Shown piece by piece: positions 51,001-63,689 of a stretch of 64,000 nucleotides of DNA. The translations under genes and the position numbers were made by a program. How positions within the stretch are numbered: position 1 is the first letter of the stretch; every line of letters begins with the position of its first letter. Below the pieces are notes generated by a model. That model searched no databases. It worked only from the letters and a program-made list of their open reading frames with translations, and was not told the DNA's origin. Origin of the DNA: Phoronis australis (lineage: Eukaryota; Animalia; Phoronida); NCBI GenBank assembly GCA_002633005.1, contig NMRA01000036.1:726440-790439 (forward strand), written 5' to 3'.

Positions 51001-54000
51001 GGTGTGTTCATGTAGAACTGTGTTGCCCTACATTGGCTGGCTTGTGTTTGGGTTCATTACAGGTTTACATTGGCTAGCCTTTATACCAGGTAATTTATCA
51101 GCAATATGAGCAATGCACTTGTTTTGTTATTCAACCAGATGGCTGCAGAGCTGTTCTTTTGGCTTTCAGTGTACTGTTTAGTGTTGTGACCAGTTTGTGT
51201 CCATAACAAACAATCTATAAAACTCATTACCAGTCATATTAAAAGAACTGTATTTTTAAGATCTTTATACAGTGATATGAAATGTAATGTTTGTGTTTGT
51301 CTCTATAACTTGTGATCAATGATGTTACCTGTTGTTTTATATGCTTTGAGGAATCTCATTTGTGCTCTTTGTTTATTACTCTTCACAGGATCCTTATATT
51401 CCATAACTACTGATAGATATTGTTTTTGCTTCTCTATAGTTTGACTCACTTGAACATACTTCTATTTTTTCCTCAATTTCTGTTGTAGGTTTATGCTTGA
51501 ACCCCTACAAACAGTATGGACTGTTCTCACTCAAGGCCATTCTTGGTCACCTCATTGCCTATTGGTTAACTAATGGTTTGTTCTGGGTGTTTAGAGAGAC
51601 AATGCAGCCTTGGTATATTCCATGCAGAGGGGGGGAAAGCATGTCCCCATCATGTCTCTTTCATGAACAAGAACTGAGGTAGGAATCTGTGCATGTAACT
51701 TAAATGTTATTTCCATTGAAACTTGTCACTGCATCTTCTGTGCATGACTACACTAAAAACTGACGATTTTATCTGTCAACTACTCTTTTGACTGAGCTGA
51801 TAACAGTCACGCAATAGTTGCATGATGAAACATCATGACGTTGGGTTTCCTTTGTTTCTCCTTTTGACAAACAGATATAAACCTCGCGCTAAATATAATT
51901 GTAAAGAAATGATCATTTGCTTTTTTCTAACAATGAGTAATGAAGGTTTGGGACGGCTGAAATTCAACCCAGAAGGTTTGATATGACAAGTTTATTACCA
52001 TGCATGTAAACCGGTTTTACCAATCACGAAAGAATTGCATTCAAAATTCCATAGAACAATAGCCCTGGAATGCCAACTACGTTCTCACTGCCTCTGAGGT
52101 TGCGCGCCGCATACGTGAGAGTTCTTTGGATTCATGTGTTCCAGTGTGTGTACTTGCTATAAAATTTACTGTCGTTAAAACTTTTCACAACTGGGCCGTT
52201 TTTCAATCAAATTGCATATTAAGAACCATATCATTAGAAAGCCCTTTGTCAGTGCTTGATGGTTATACTAGAAGCAAAAGACAAATAATTTAACTCATCA
52301 GTAATTATCATTTTGCATGCCTGACTGGTTAAAAAATATTTTTTTTTTAATTCTAAAAACCAAGAGTGTTACCAAAATGTAAAAAATAACAGCGTGTAAT
52401 AGTAACATAAAAAAGGAAATGAACCTGAGAGGTTATATAAATGACTAGTCAAGCCATTAGGGAAATAATTTCAATGATTCAAAAAATTTTTACTATATAA
52501 AGACAAAAGTTTTGGAATATGGATCCCTCACACTTGCTGTTGATAATTTAGTCAAGAATTCATCCAAACTACCCCGGTAATACAACTTTATATAATAATT
52601 AATTGGACCTTTGGTGCCGTTTGATACAGTTACATTCTTTAGTAAAAGTTCAGAATGCAATGACATTTTCGAAAACGTGAGAACTACTTCAAATATCTGT
52701 CGGAAATTTGCAGGTAAAGGTTTTCTGATAGATAAAATATTGTCTAATGGTAGCTGTGGTACAAAACTTGACATGGTAAAACACGAAGTTGCTGACCAGA
52801 ACTTTTAAAGAAAAATGAGAAAATAAAATTTCACCTGTCCGTAATATTGTGTCCCAAATTATTGAGATTTTAGAGTAATGCTGATGCTAACTAGTGTTTT
52901 GAACAGCAACAGTGTTCAACTTTGGTACAAGTTGAGTAGTGCTATAGATAAAAACTACACAATCAGACAGGGCTCCCTGGAAATGGCTATTGAGTGTCAG
53001 TTTGTCTTGAAATTGAATGTTGTTTTTTTGTTTATAGGTACACGGCATTTTATATAGTACATCTAGTACTTCTGTTGGCTGTGATAGTCAAGTGGATTGT
53101 CGATGCTATTTTCTTGTGGAAGTGGATAGGCAGAAGTGATGAGTTAGCAGCAGAGAAAGACAAACATACTTTACAAACCATCACAGTAAGCCACACGGAG
53201 GACTGAGATGGAAGCTGAGTGGCAACAATTGACATTGAGAAAGTCTTATCTAGCAGCTGCATTCTGGTGTGAATCGTAGGCTATCAGTCCATCTGCGTTT
53301 GTAATGCTCAAACGTGGTAAGGTTACCCATCTTGGTTTCAACTTGTCTGTTGGTGTATCAAATAGTCATTGGCACCAGGCGACCAACAAGTGAGCTGGTT
53401 GATGCATATTGTACTGATTTAGCCTTAATGCAGTCATTAACTGTGTGTGCCTGTCACATTAAGTTTTAAGACCAAGAATAAAGGCAACCTAACGGTTTTC
53501 AAAATTTAAAAATAACTTGCCTGTCTTTGAATGTTCAAGTTGAATTGGAACCATGACTGGTAGTTAGTAGGTGGTATTGCCGGTAAAATAGAGTGTGCTA
53601 AATTTTTTTCAGTAAATCTCAACCAGTTTCAGTTACATTCAGTCAATGATGAGTTTCTGTGTATCTACTGTACACTTTGTGGACGTATGCATGTTTGTCA
53701 GTGGTGCCCCAATTTTTGGAGTTTGTATTATCAGTTGCTGTCTTGTATCAGACAATTCAACTTCAGAAGTTTGTAATGAGTTGATATGCACTGATTTCCA
53801 GGTCAAATTTTTACAAACAATTTTTGAGAATGCACAATTGTCAGTTTTTGTGTCTACCGTATATGAAATGGTGCTGGCTTATATTGAGGGGATCACTTGT
53901 GGAGCGGGCTGCAATGTCAGACATCAATTGCAGTTTTGCTTTGATTTTTTGCATTTTGAAATAATATATCCTTTAATTGTAAGGGGACCTCTGATCATGA

Positions 54001-54679
54001 CTTCAACCACAGATCTTTTACTGTTTTGGGATTTTGCAGATTGTTTTATCTGTGGACCTGACATGTTAGGGTGGGAGCCTTTGAAGAAGGTTACTGATGA
54101 TAGCATTAATTGTCACTCTTTCCAGCTGTTTCATAGTAAGGCCTTTCATATTAGGGGTGCTCCGATCGTGGCATGGACTGTTGTTCCTTTAGTTTGCTGT
54201 AATCATAGATCCTTAATTTGAAGTGGCTCATTCTCAGAGGGTTCTCTTGACGATGTAATCAACTGCTGTTATATTCCTGTTGTTGTGATGTTAAACACCA
54301 GGCCTCTTTTTAGAGGGTCCTCCCAATAATGAAATCAATTGTCATTATTTTCCTGCTTTTTACTATTGTATATCCTTTCACATATATTCCGGGCGGAGGT
54401 AGGGAATAATTGATCTGTTGCTCCCCATGACGCCAGCACTTCATATATATTATGTATATATACTTCGTTGAAAATTAAACTTTTTGTTTGAAAGCTTGAT
54501 ACAGAGTCTCTCCTAGTGCCGAAATAGACCGCCAGCCCAGAGCACTTAGCCGGTATAGATGAACGAGGTACCAACATCTAACCGTAGGAGCACTTAGAGT
54601 CCACCTCAGTATGTATAGAAATGGACGTCTGCTGTTGTCTGCACTCTGGTTGTGATTCCTCAAAGTAGTGAGGGACCTT

Positions 54680-55690
54680 ACAAGGGGCCCAAAAATGAGC
54701 TAGATTAGATTTTCCAGGTACTGGCCAAAACGGGTTTAAAACGGACAATGGTACTACACGGAACACCGAATGGCCTATAACGGACAAATTGCACTCTGGA
54801 ATGGTTCGGCAGAAACCAAAAAGGCCCCCCCAAAAATGACCTAAGCTCATACATTCGAGGTACCACAAAAACAATTCCATATGATTTAATACATGTCACT
54901 GATCACTAAATGCCCCATGACAGACAAAATGCACTCTGTGTTGTGGCCGCTAGAAACACCAAAACATGTCAACAACCGTATGCCATTGAAAATTTGACCT
55001 AGATTAGATTCCAGCTCAAACTGAAAACGACCAACAGTACCGCAATGAACACCGAATGACCCATGACGTACAGACAATTTTGCACTCGGTGGAAAGGGTC
55101 CGCCTGAAACATAAAAAGGACCTCCAAAAATGAGCTAGCTCATACATTCGAGGTACCACAGAAAACAATTCGATGTAATTCAATACATGTCATTGATCAC
55201 TAAATGCCCCATGAAAGACAAAATACATTCTGTTTGTGCCCGCCATGCAGAAACCCCCAAAAATGTCAACTACCGTATGCCATTGAAAATTGAGCTAGAT
55301 TAGATATTCGAGGTACCAGCTACTGATTTAAAACGAACAATAACGGACACCCCAAAAATAAGTGAGCTCGTACATTCGAGGTACGATAAAAAACAATTCT
55401 ATGTGATTCAACACGCATGTCACTGGGCTAAATGCCCGGTGACGAAGTACATTCTGGATCCCTAAAAATCTAAACCACGGTATGCCATTAAAATTTTGAT
55501 TGTACATTGAGGAACCAGCTAAAACTGACAGAACTGAATTCAAAAACGACACCCAAAGTGAAGGAGCTAGCTCATTCGAGGTATCACAATAAACAACTGA
55601 TTCCATGTGATTCAAATACAAGTAACTGGTTAGTAAATGGCCTGTGACAGACGAAACCCACTGTGGGTTGTGTGCGCCAGCCCGGCCCAG
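54680..55690. repeat. Degenerate satellite-like array, alternating ~140/~160-bp subunits (~297-bp dimer)
   Basis: Alternating gagctagattagat and gctcatacattcgaggtacc anchors at ~54697, 54845, 54995, 55137, 55292. Confidence 0.75.
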
Positions 55691-55742
55691 AAATCTCAAC
55701 TACGTAATCCTGTTGAAAATGTTTGCTGTATTAGATAATGAA

Positions 55743-56114
55743 CACGGGTGAGTAACAACATGACCGCCGGTCCTCTAAATCGGACTGACTCACCCAAGGA
55801 CCTCCGGGGGATCAAATGGGACCGTCGCACGGCAGAAAATGGGACTGACGCACCTAAAAACATGACCGCGCCCCACCACAAAACAGGACCGCCGGGGACT
55901 GAACATGACCGCCGGACAATATGCGGTTTCAAGGCCCCGGCGGTCATGTTCAGTACCCGGCAGTCCTGTTTTGTGGTGGGGCGCGGTCATGTTTTTAGGT
56001 GCGTCAGTCCCATTTTCTGGTGCGGCGTCCCATTTGATCCCCCGGAGGTCCTGTTTTGGGTGAGGCGGTCCGATGAGAGGACCCGGGCGCCGGTCATGTT
56101 GTTTCTCACCCGTG
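55743..56114. mobile_element. Foldback MITE, CAC termini, 5-bp TSD (Transib/RAG-like signature)
   Basis: CACGGGTGAG...CTCACCCGTG, arms ~170 bp, spacer ~22 bp; ATGAA on both flanks. Confidence 0.8.
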
Positions 56115-58189
56115 ATGAAGATGCCGCCGGGTCGGAAATCTTGGTAGAACCAAGAATTTCGATAGGGAAGGTGTTATCACGTGCTTAGTTTGCAGTTCAC
56201 GGCAAAAATTCTAGTATTTCCGTAATTTACTTTCGCGTCTACTGAACTCTCTCCTTGCTCAACATTAATAATAGCGTAGCACTGAGGGCCAAATGGATGA
56301 TCGACGGAAAGTAAGCATTTTGGAAAAACCAATGAAAGGTATTTTCCTAAATGCTTACTTTCCGCCATCTTGGCACGTACTCATTGTGACGCTATTATGA
56401 ATTTTAGTTTGCTTTTTGGAGAGGGGGGGGGGGCATTTTGGCTTCTGCCAAACCCTCCGGCCGTAGGCGCAATTTGTCTGTAATGGTTCATTCATCCTTC
56501 TGTATATACTGAGGTGGACGACCACTGCTTGCCTCCGAACACACCACCGTTCTTCCAATGCAATGCTCTGCAGGGTCTTTCACGTCCGTGAGCTGATGAC
56601 TGAATCTAGAAACAGTTCGGTGTCATCAATCTTCATGTAGACAGCTGTTGAATGGGGGAAGGTAATGTCTTCATCGGATAGTGTATTTGGGGACGACCAA
56701 AAGCTGAGGACGCCTGTGGTTCAACTGAACTTTTCCAGCAACCGTGACTTGGACTTTTCCGTTTTAACCGGTTTTATCGTTTGCTTAAATCTTTTAAGTG
56801 CGTGACCAGGCATGATTTGAAAACAAAGAGGCTTTGCAAGTGTATCGAAGATGTCGCGTGCGGCGACAACTAGTTCCGAAGGACGACGAACAAACATTCG
56901 CGGCACCCTTAGAAATGCTGACCGTGACCTATGATTTTCGTTGTGTGTTTGGATGTGGGCGGATCCTTGGTCCACCTAAATCGACCCGGTTTGATACTGT
57001 GTATCCTTGTACATGAAACAACACGCATCCGGATTGATCCACAACTGTCATGGGTCAATATCAAACACCTAATCAAAGTTGTCATGTCCATACAATCAGA
57101 TCACCTGTTTGAAAACGTGCAGTTATATATTGACAGACACCGTGTGCACGGCGAACCGTGGGCGGCGCACCATAGGGAACTGGGAGAGCTGCCCCCACTT
57201 TTTTCAGTCACTGCGCCGACCATGCGAACGGTTCTTTTACCGATCTGCTTGCCAGTAATTTTCTGAGATCAGCTTCAGTGTGGAATTGAACGTGGAAATC
57301 CGTGGTTGCAGGCCTAATGCGTTGTTGGTGGAGCTAAAATCATACTCCATGAACAGGAGTTTAAGCGTCATAAAGTCATCGGCCTTGCCCATTTTAAGAC
57401 AATATAAGTCATACACGTAGCGAAAATTGGCGATTTGTAAAAAAAAAAATCATAAAAACGCAAGGGATTTTGGATTTTTATACCCGTATCCGATACAAAA
57501 AACGATAATGGAGAAAAAATGAGTGAACATATGTATGAATAATTAGTGTTAACTGAGCTTCTGTTAAATTTTGCACTCTATAAATGCAACCAGTCAGTAA
57601 CCTTTAAAAATCAATAAGAAACAAACGGCATTTTTTCACTGAGGGTGCAAATTTAGATTTTTTTATGTTATGCAATCATATTGACAAAATTCCTTCACCT
57701 TTGACAGATATTTGTATGATGATCTTGTTTTAGCACCGGTGTATACTTATGACATTTACGCATTTTAAAGTATGACAAAAATGTCATGGCCAGAGTAATC
57801 CTTGATATAGCTGAAAATAGCCAGAAATCCATCGTTATTTTGTTTCACTGAAACATTACATGTTTTAATACACATGGCATTTAATTAAATCACACATTTA
57901 ATTGAAATTTAATGTTTTTTCATTATTCTAACATGTATTTCTTGTTTTTCTTTAGAAAATTGCACACAATTTTCAGGCACACTTGCAAAATGATGTCAAC
58001 GTTATGCAAAACACGTAAATTTGCATGTGCTTCTTCTCTTACAGCTATGGCTGAAAAAGAAAAGCATTACTAGTGTTTTCTAACTGTGTTTTTAATGGTT
58101 GATGGTGCATAGAATTTGATTTAGAAACCACATAAAAGTGTACCAGATGTCCTAGTGATTGGATTCCTCAACCAAATAATATCACAGTC

Positions 58190-59420
58190 ACCTAAGAAAA
58201 ACTGTGTATTCTCCGTAGCCCTGTCTGAATTCCGTTAAATTCTTCCATAAATAAAAGATATTTGATACTGCACATTGGGAATCTTGAAGCCATTTTTGGC
58301 CCACAAAAAATAGTAGACCGTCAAGCCCTGGATTTGAATTGATCATAAGCAAAAATGTCTTTCGTATTCTCCGTAGCCCCTGTATTCTCTGTAGCCCCCA
58401 ACTTTGAATTGTTGGTACATGGTTTGAAAAAAAATGTATCTAGGTGCATGCACTGAGGAAATGGGAACAAATAAACTCTCCAAGACAAGAACAATTAAGA
58501 AAAATATTTCTGGGTCGAATTTGAGGAAAGTTTAGCTAAAATTACTTTTTCAGTTTTAAACTCGTTATTAATAAAACATGGATGTTCTTTGGTCATTCAG
58601 AAGTGTTGGTATTAACAAGTAAATGAATTCTATTGCATTGCTCAAGTGTTCATCCACTTATGAACAGGTATCTGCATATTTCGTATTCTCCGTAGCCCCC
58701 TCCATGACCTCTGTGTTATGTGAGATTTATGCATTCAATGTTTTCCTGATGATGAAAAGTGCTTTCCTGTATTTCTTTGAGGGTAGTTGATGGAAATAGG
58801 CATCCCATTGATGGTGATGTGACTCTGATGATAGTTTAGAGCTGAGAATGTCCTAGGATAAAATTTTAATTTCCATTATATATTTTTGTATTTACAAAAG
58901 TGTGAATTAAGACGGTATTATCTCCCTTTTTCTAAACACAACTGTTTTTTTAAATTCAGAAGTAGTAGTATTGACATGTAAATGAATTCTATTGCATTGC
59001 TCCGGTATTTTTCTTCCCACAAATAGTTATCTTCGCATTCTGTATTCTCCGTAGCCCCTCACTGACCTCTGTGTTATGTGAGATTTATTTGTGCAAACAA
59101 TGTTTACTGATAATTAAAAGTGTTTTACTGTACTTCTTTGATGGTACTTTATGGAACTAGGCATTCCTTTTGACAGTGATGTGACTCTGATGATAGTAAA
59201 GTGCCAAATATGTCTAAGGATTAAATACAATTGCTATGTTTCATTTGTATACTCACACCTTGTGAGGCACACACAGGCGTGAACCTAGTTTTTTATATTG
59301 ATGTTCAGTGATCAAGTACATGAGTTACCAGAGTAATTAACTTTCTTGTTTCTAAGCCAGATTTAAGTCTTTTCCAACATGGATGTAACAATATCGATGA
59401 TGTATTCTCTGTAAACCACA
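58190..59420. repeat. Degenerate ~360-bp duplication and recurring GTATTCTCCGTAGCCC motif, probably a DNA-transposon interior
   Basis: Motif at ~58206, 58363, 58382, 58683, 59042, 59403; 58598-58860 aligns with 58957-59220. Confidence 0.7.
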
Positions 59421-60195
59421 TTTCTTATTTTTGTTATTTCAACAGGCCAAATCTTAAAAACTAAATGAGGATACTTCACAAAAATTTAACCTGATATTCC
59501 ACATGTCATGTTGAATCCAATAAAAGTAGTCTCAAAGCTGAAATTAAAACTTCATAAAATGCCATTTCTGAAACAAAAGTGTGCACCCCGAGTGACATAA
59601 TGCCAAGTGACCTTGGATTCAGCAGGTGGGATGCGTTCACCACCGTCCCACCTCACGAGCTACTTGTACAAGAACTTAGCACCCAAGCATTTTGGCCCAC
59701 CAATAAAGAAAGGTTCCCTTGGCAGAGTTTAGGCTTCCACAACTAGACGTTTAAACGTACACCATATTTGAATGTACCTTTCAGTTACTAGCACTAGTGA
59801 AATTATGTCTAGTTCATTTTGATGGATTTCGGCAGACCAACAACAAATAACCTTTTTCTGGTTGATCACCTAGGTGACCAGTGTGATGTACAGATTCATT
59901 TGTGAATGATTCTTGTGGTATCTCAGTTGTTTGAGCAAGCTGAGTTTTGAAAATGGAGGGCCCTGTTTCTCAGTGGAGAAGAACATAAAAGAAACTATGG
60001 GGCTTTCTATCTCCCTTAAGTAACACCATGTTTAATTAACTACCTGTATTCAAACCAAACAGCTGTTTCAGTGACAATGTTCACTTGCATATTTACTTTG
60101 GTTAATTACTGGTTAAGGTATACCAATGTATGGCAAAACTCTGAAGCACTACAATGGCAATGAAAAGTGAAAAGAAAAATAAACAACTTTCATTT

Positions 60196-60201
60196 TTTAT
60201 T
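60196..60201 (-). terminator. Likely RACK1 polyadenylation signal AATAAA
   Basis: TTTATT on +, about 75 nt after the RACK1 stop codon. Confidence 0.6.
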
Positions 60202-60275
60202 TCTTATTGATTTTTGTAACATCTGGACATAATGTTCATGTTTTACACCTCAAAGCTAGAAGACTCAAGAGGTAT

Positions 60276-60446
60276 CTATCTTGCCATAGACACTTGCCAG
60301 ACTCTGATCAATTTGTCTGTATATCCAGCAAACAATGTTTGTCCATCAGCGGACCAAGCCAGTGAGATGCAGTCTGGTGGTGATGCTTTGGTGGTGCTGA
60401 TCACCTCGGGCTTCAACTCATCAACCACAGTCTTGCCTTCCAGATC
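60276..60446 (-). CDS. RACK1: RACK1 last exon
   Basis: [15 protein letters not shown]...[31 protein letters not shown]. Confidence 0.97.
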   Translation of the reverse strand, partial: DLEGKTVVDELKPEVISTTKASPPDCISLAWSADGQTLFAGYTDKLIRVWQVSMAR

Positions 60447-61149
60447 CTGGAAAAAGAACAACACAGAACTGACAACTAAGCTGCAAGATCAAGGTTGCAT
60501 GGAATCACTCACCATGTTGTGACAACTTGTGACCACTACGGACATTCCATTAATTATCTTTAGTCAGGATAACACCCTAAATATGACCAAAGAATATTAA
60601 TTTGAATCCATGAATTACAATGCCAAGCAGTTACTCCAAGTCACCCAACCCGTTTTGTGAACAAGATATTTTCCCTATTCGTTCAGTCGCAGACGTTTTG
60701 TCTTTTAAAATCCCCATAAAACATACATAAATGCAGCTAAAATAATTAAATTTCTCAAGAGAATTGGTGTCAACATTTCACTTACCAGAAAATAATTTTT
60801 ACCACAATTAGTTAATAAGATAAAAACTTAATTATTGCAGCATTGTACATGTGGACATTACAAACAGCACCAATATCTTAGTTACTTCGCCTACATAAGC
60901 CAAGGCTTCTTAAGACGCGCCTCAAGTATCTGTTAATTGATAGTACAGTCATGATTCTTTTGCAATAACAATAGAATTTCCCAGTCCTTGAATCCAAGAT
61001 TATGGAAATATTTAATCAAGTCATCCCCGCTTTCTTGAGTATCTCGAGGAAGGTAAAGAAATGTTTCAGGCATTACGCAAATAACTTGTTTTCAACCTGC
61101 GAATAGACTTGACAAATTGTGACCTTACAAAGAAGTTTAGTAGATATAG

Positions 61150-61620
61150 TCACAGATGCAAAAATCGTGTCACTAGTGGACAACATTGTAGTTGGACTAT
61201 CTGAAAATCAACACCAGTCATGCTCATGTCTGTAAGAGCACACCTGCCAATTTTCATTACGACCCTGTGAGCGGTTTAGCAGCTGCAGAAAGACAGCGAA
61301 AAAGAAGACTAAAAAACAATTCACATGGCCACTAGGTTTCACAGAATATACCAAATCCATCTTAAATCGGAAAGATGCTGTCATCTTCACCATAGAAAAC
61401 TGTTTGCTAAAGTTCAGGAAAAAACATTGAGGAAATCAGATACAGAAGCAATGCCAAAAAATAAAATTGCTACTGGGGGGTGCAGCAGTAGTAAGAGCCA
61501 TTCAAAAGTTACAGGCAGCTATTGTCACATTTAAAGGGAAACAACTCCAAAATTTCACAAACGCCACGTAAAGAAATCGGGAGCTGCAGTCGTGGTTCCA
61601 AAATATACCACATCACCGTG
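61150..61620 (-). mobile_element. Fragment of the same HINE-like repeat family in a RACK1 intron
   Basis: Units such as cacacctgccaattttca and tggccactagg...aaatccatc are shared with 35380-37246. Confidence 0.55.
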
Positions 61621-61794
61621 TAGTGGCAACAAATGACCATAGCCCATTGAAACTGAATAAATGCAAAGTGGGTAAAATAGCAAGTAACGTGCACTGCAGA
61701 GAATGAAGGCTTATGGCACATTTGAACGGGGCTTTCAGTTGTGGACAACACATGTCAAGCCGAGATTGTTGGTTGAGCTATGAATATGTCTTAC

Positions 61795-61935
61795 CCAGAT
61801 TCTGATGCTTGGCCCAGTGGCAGCACACAACCAGTAGCGATTGGGACTGAACGTCAAAGTGTTGATGATGTCACTACTCTGTAAAGTGTACAGGTGCTTC
61901 CCCTCGTTAAGATCCCAAAGCATGGCTTGTTTGTC
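61795..61935 (-). CDS. RACK1: RACK1 (GNB2L1) penultimate exon, WD40
   Basis: [47 protein letters not shown]; ttacag / TGG|gtaaga. Confidence 0.97.
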
Positions 61936-63689
61936 CTGTAAATAACATACATACAACTTAACTCGGCTCTACAAGGAAACTTTACTTCTTAATAAGAGCG
62001 CACACACAAGAGATGATGATTATTTCAAACATTCCAAGTAAACAGGGCAATGCTAGTCAACTTAAGGGTGCAAATCTAGTCATTAGTGCTCTCCTCAATA
62101 GGATCACGGATGCCACTTTTCATCACGACTCTTCACGCACTCTGGAGGACAGGGACGCAAGCTTACACGAAACAACAAACAGGCTACTAGGGGGGGCTGT
62201 TCCAGTAAAATCCGTGTGGGAGGGGGGGACGGCAGTAGAAATAAAAATTCATGGGTGGTGGTTTTCAGAAAAAAATTCAAATTATGGGTGGTTGTTCCTG
62301 TGAGAAGTGATGCATTAAAAATGGGTGGTATTTTTTGACCTGTTAATGTTGACAGGTTGGTAACTTCGGCCCTCAAAACTCTAAAAAAAATGCAATTGGC
62401 AAATATCCTAATTTATCCCAATACAAAAAAGCCCATATTGCCAGTGAACAGAGTGCAATATGTTCACTAAGCCATTAATCAAGTCATGGGCAACTTGATC
62501 TGAGTCAACTGTTTGTCTGCAGTCTTATTGAATTGAAGTTATGCAACACTAAACTGGTGTTAACACATATAAGAAAATTGATGATTTTTAAATAAAAAGT
62601 ATGAGGAGTAAGATAAACAAGTTCCAATATTCACTTGACATAGAAGTATAAAAGAGTTCGTGGAGACAGTTTGAGATTCATAGATCCTTATAATTGAAAG
62701 AATGTTCATTGAAATTATAGACACATGGTAAACAGAGACACCTGGTGGCTGCCAAAAGTATTGNAGCACAGATCTGATCAATACCGTCCGAGACGGGACC
62801 TGTGCTGAAGTCTACATGATAGTAACTTGCCAAATTTCATGAACACCAGTCAAGGAAGTGACAGATACCAATTAAGTACCTCAAGTATGTCTATTTATCA
62901 ATTGCAAATGGCTGGTAAGCCACAAAAACACATGTCAGATGTTCAAATCGCTCACGTGACTTCGTTTTGTTTCAAAAAACATAACCAGAAAGAGAAATAA
63001 TTCACATCAATAACCCACATCTACTAAGTAAAGAAAAAATCAATTAACTGGCTGCACATTTTGTCTTAGCGAGTCATCACCGCAAAATCAGTACTTGCGT
63101 TTTCAAAACACCAACACTCACATGTGACGTTCTGTGTTCTCACACAGCAAGCACAAACAGATCGCCAAATTCTTCAGCCATCAAATCATTTTTTTCAAAG
63201 TATATTTCTAAAATGTCGTAGTTTTGGACTGGTGTATAACATACCATCAGTGATATTTACATAGAAACAACGCTGGATTATTTGATTTTTCAATGAGAGA
63301 CTTCATACTTTAATATAACATACGCCCTGAATGCGCCGCTGAGAATACGGCAAGTTAACGTTACTCGAAAATCAAAATGGTGTCATCACTACTGGAATTG
63401 TCAGATGACAATGATAATTTCTACTCCTGCGCTGCCGTTTTTGTTGAAATAGGGAGTGTGATTCTTAAACACGTTAGTATACTCTAAAAAGAGGTTATCA
63501 GATCATTTGTTAATGAAAATCACAATACTTGAACATGAAGTTGGCAAACAAGTCGAACTGGTGTCGATACACACAGAAATGATCATGTTTAAAACGGAAA
63601 TCTATTTCTATGTCGAAACAGAAGCAGTAGTCAAGTTCAGAAGACTTTCATCAAGATTAAATTAAAAAATTGGCTGTATCAACACAAAG

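Larger units (their letters stand above)
44619..53206 (+). pseudogene. Multi-pass membrane protein gene, TMEM82-like, disrupted; exons 44619-44652, 49160-49345, 50555-50652, 50874-51089, 51139-51249, 51489-51678, 53038-53206
   Basis: GT/AG sites with consistent phases (1,1,1,1,1,2); hydrophobic segments; motifs LINSILAFMVGG, IYKTH..CLCL, QELRY..HLVLLLAVIVKW recall TMEM82; stops at 49201, 49270, 50885, 50963, 51204 and 51240, plus a 1-nt frameshift at the G7 run ~50595-50601. Confidence 0.55.

Noticed and set aside
49201-51242. Stops in the TMEM82-like gene as selenocysteine, readthrough or A-to-I-rescued Trp codons
   Set aside because: The stops are a mix of TGA, TAG and TAA, a frameshift is also present, no SECIS was recognised, and the duplicated unit suggests TAG arose from TAC; ordinary decay is simpler
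53646-54221. 191-aa plus-strand ORF and a stop-interrupted, coding-looking antisense frame
   Set aside because: No recognisable domain or splice context; probably UTR or decayed sequence
55696-56188. Similar ORFs on both strands
   Set aside because: A consequence of the palindromic MITE
56350-57270. GC-richer block with short ORFs, possible transposon or gene remnant
   Set aside because: No recognisable motif, termini or TSD could be established by eye
631-61935. RACK7 (ZMYND8) and RACK1 lying close together as a functional cluster
   Set aside because: Unrelated proteins that share only a historical name; no evidence of conserved linkage
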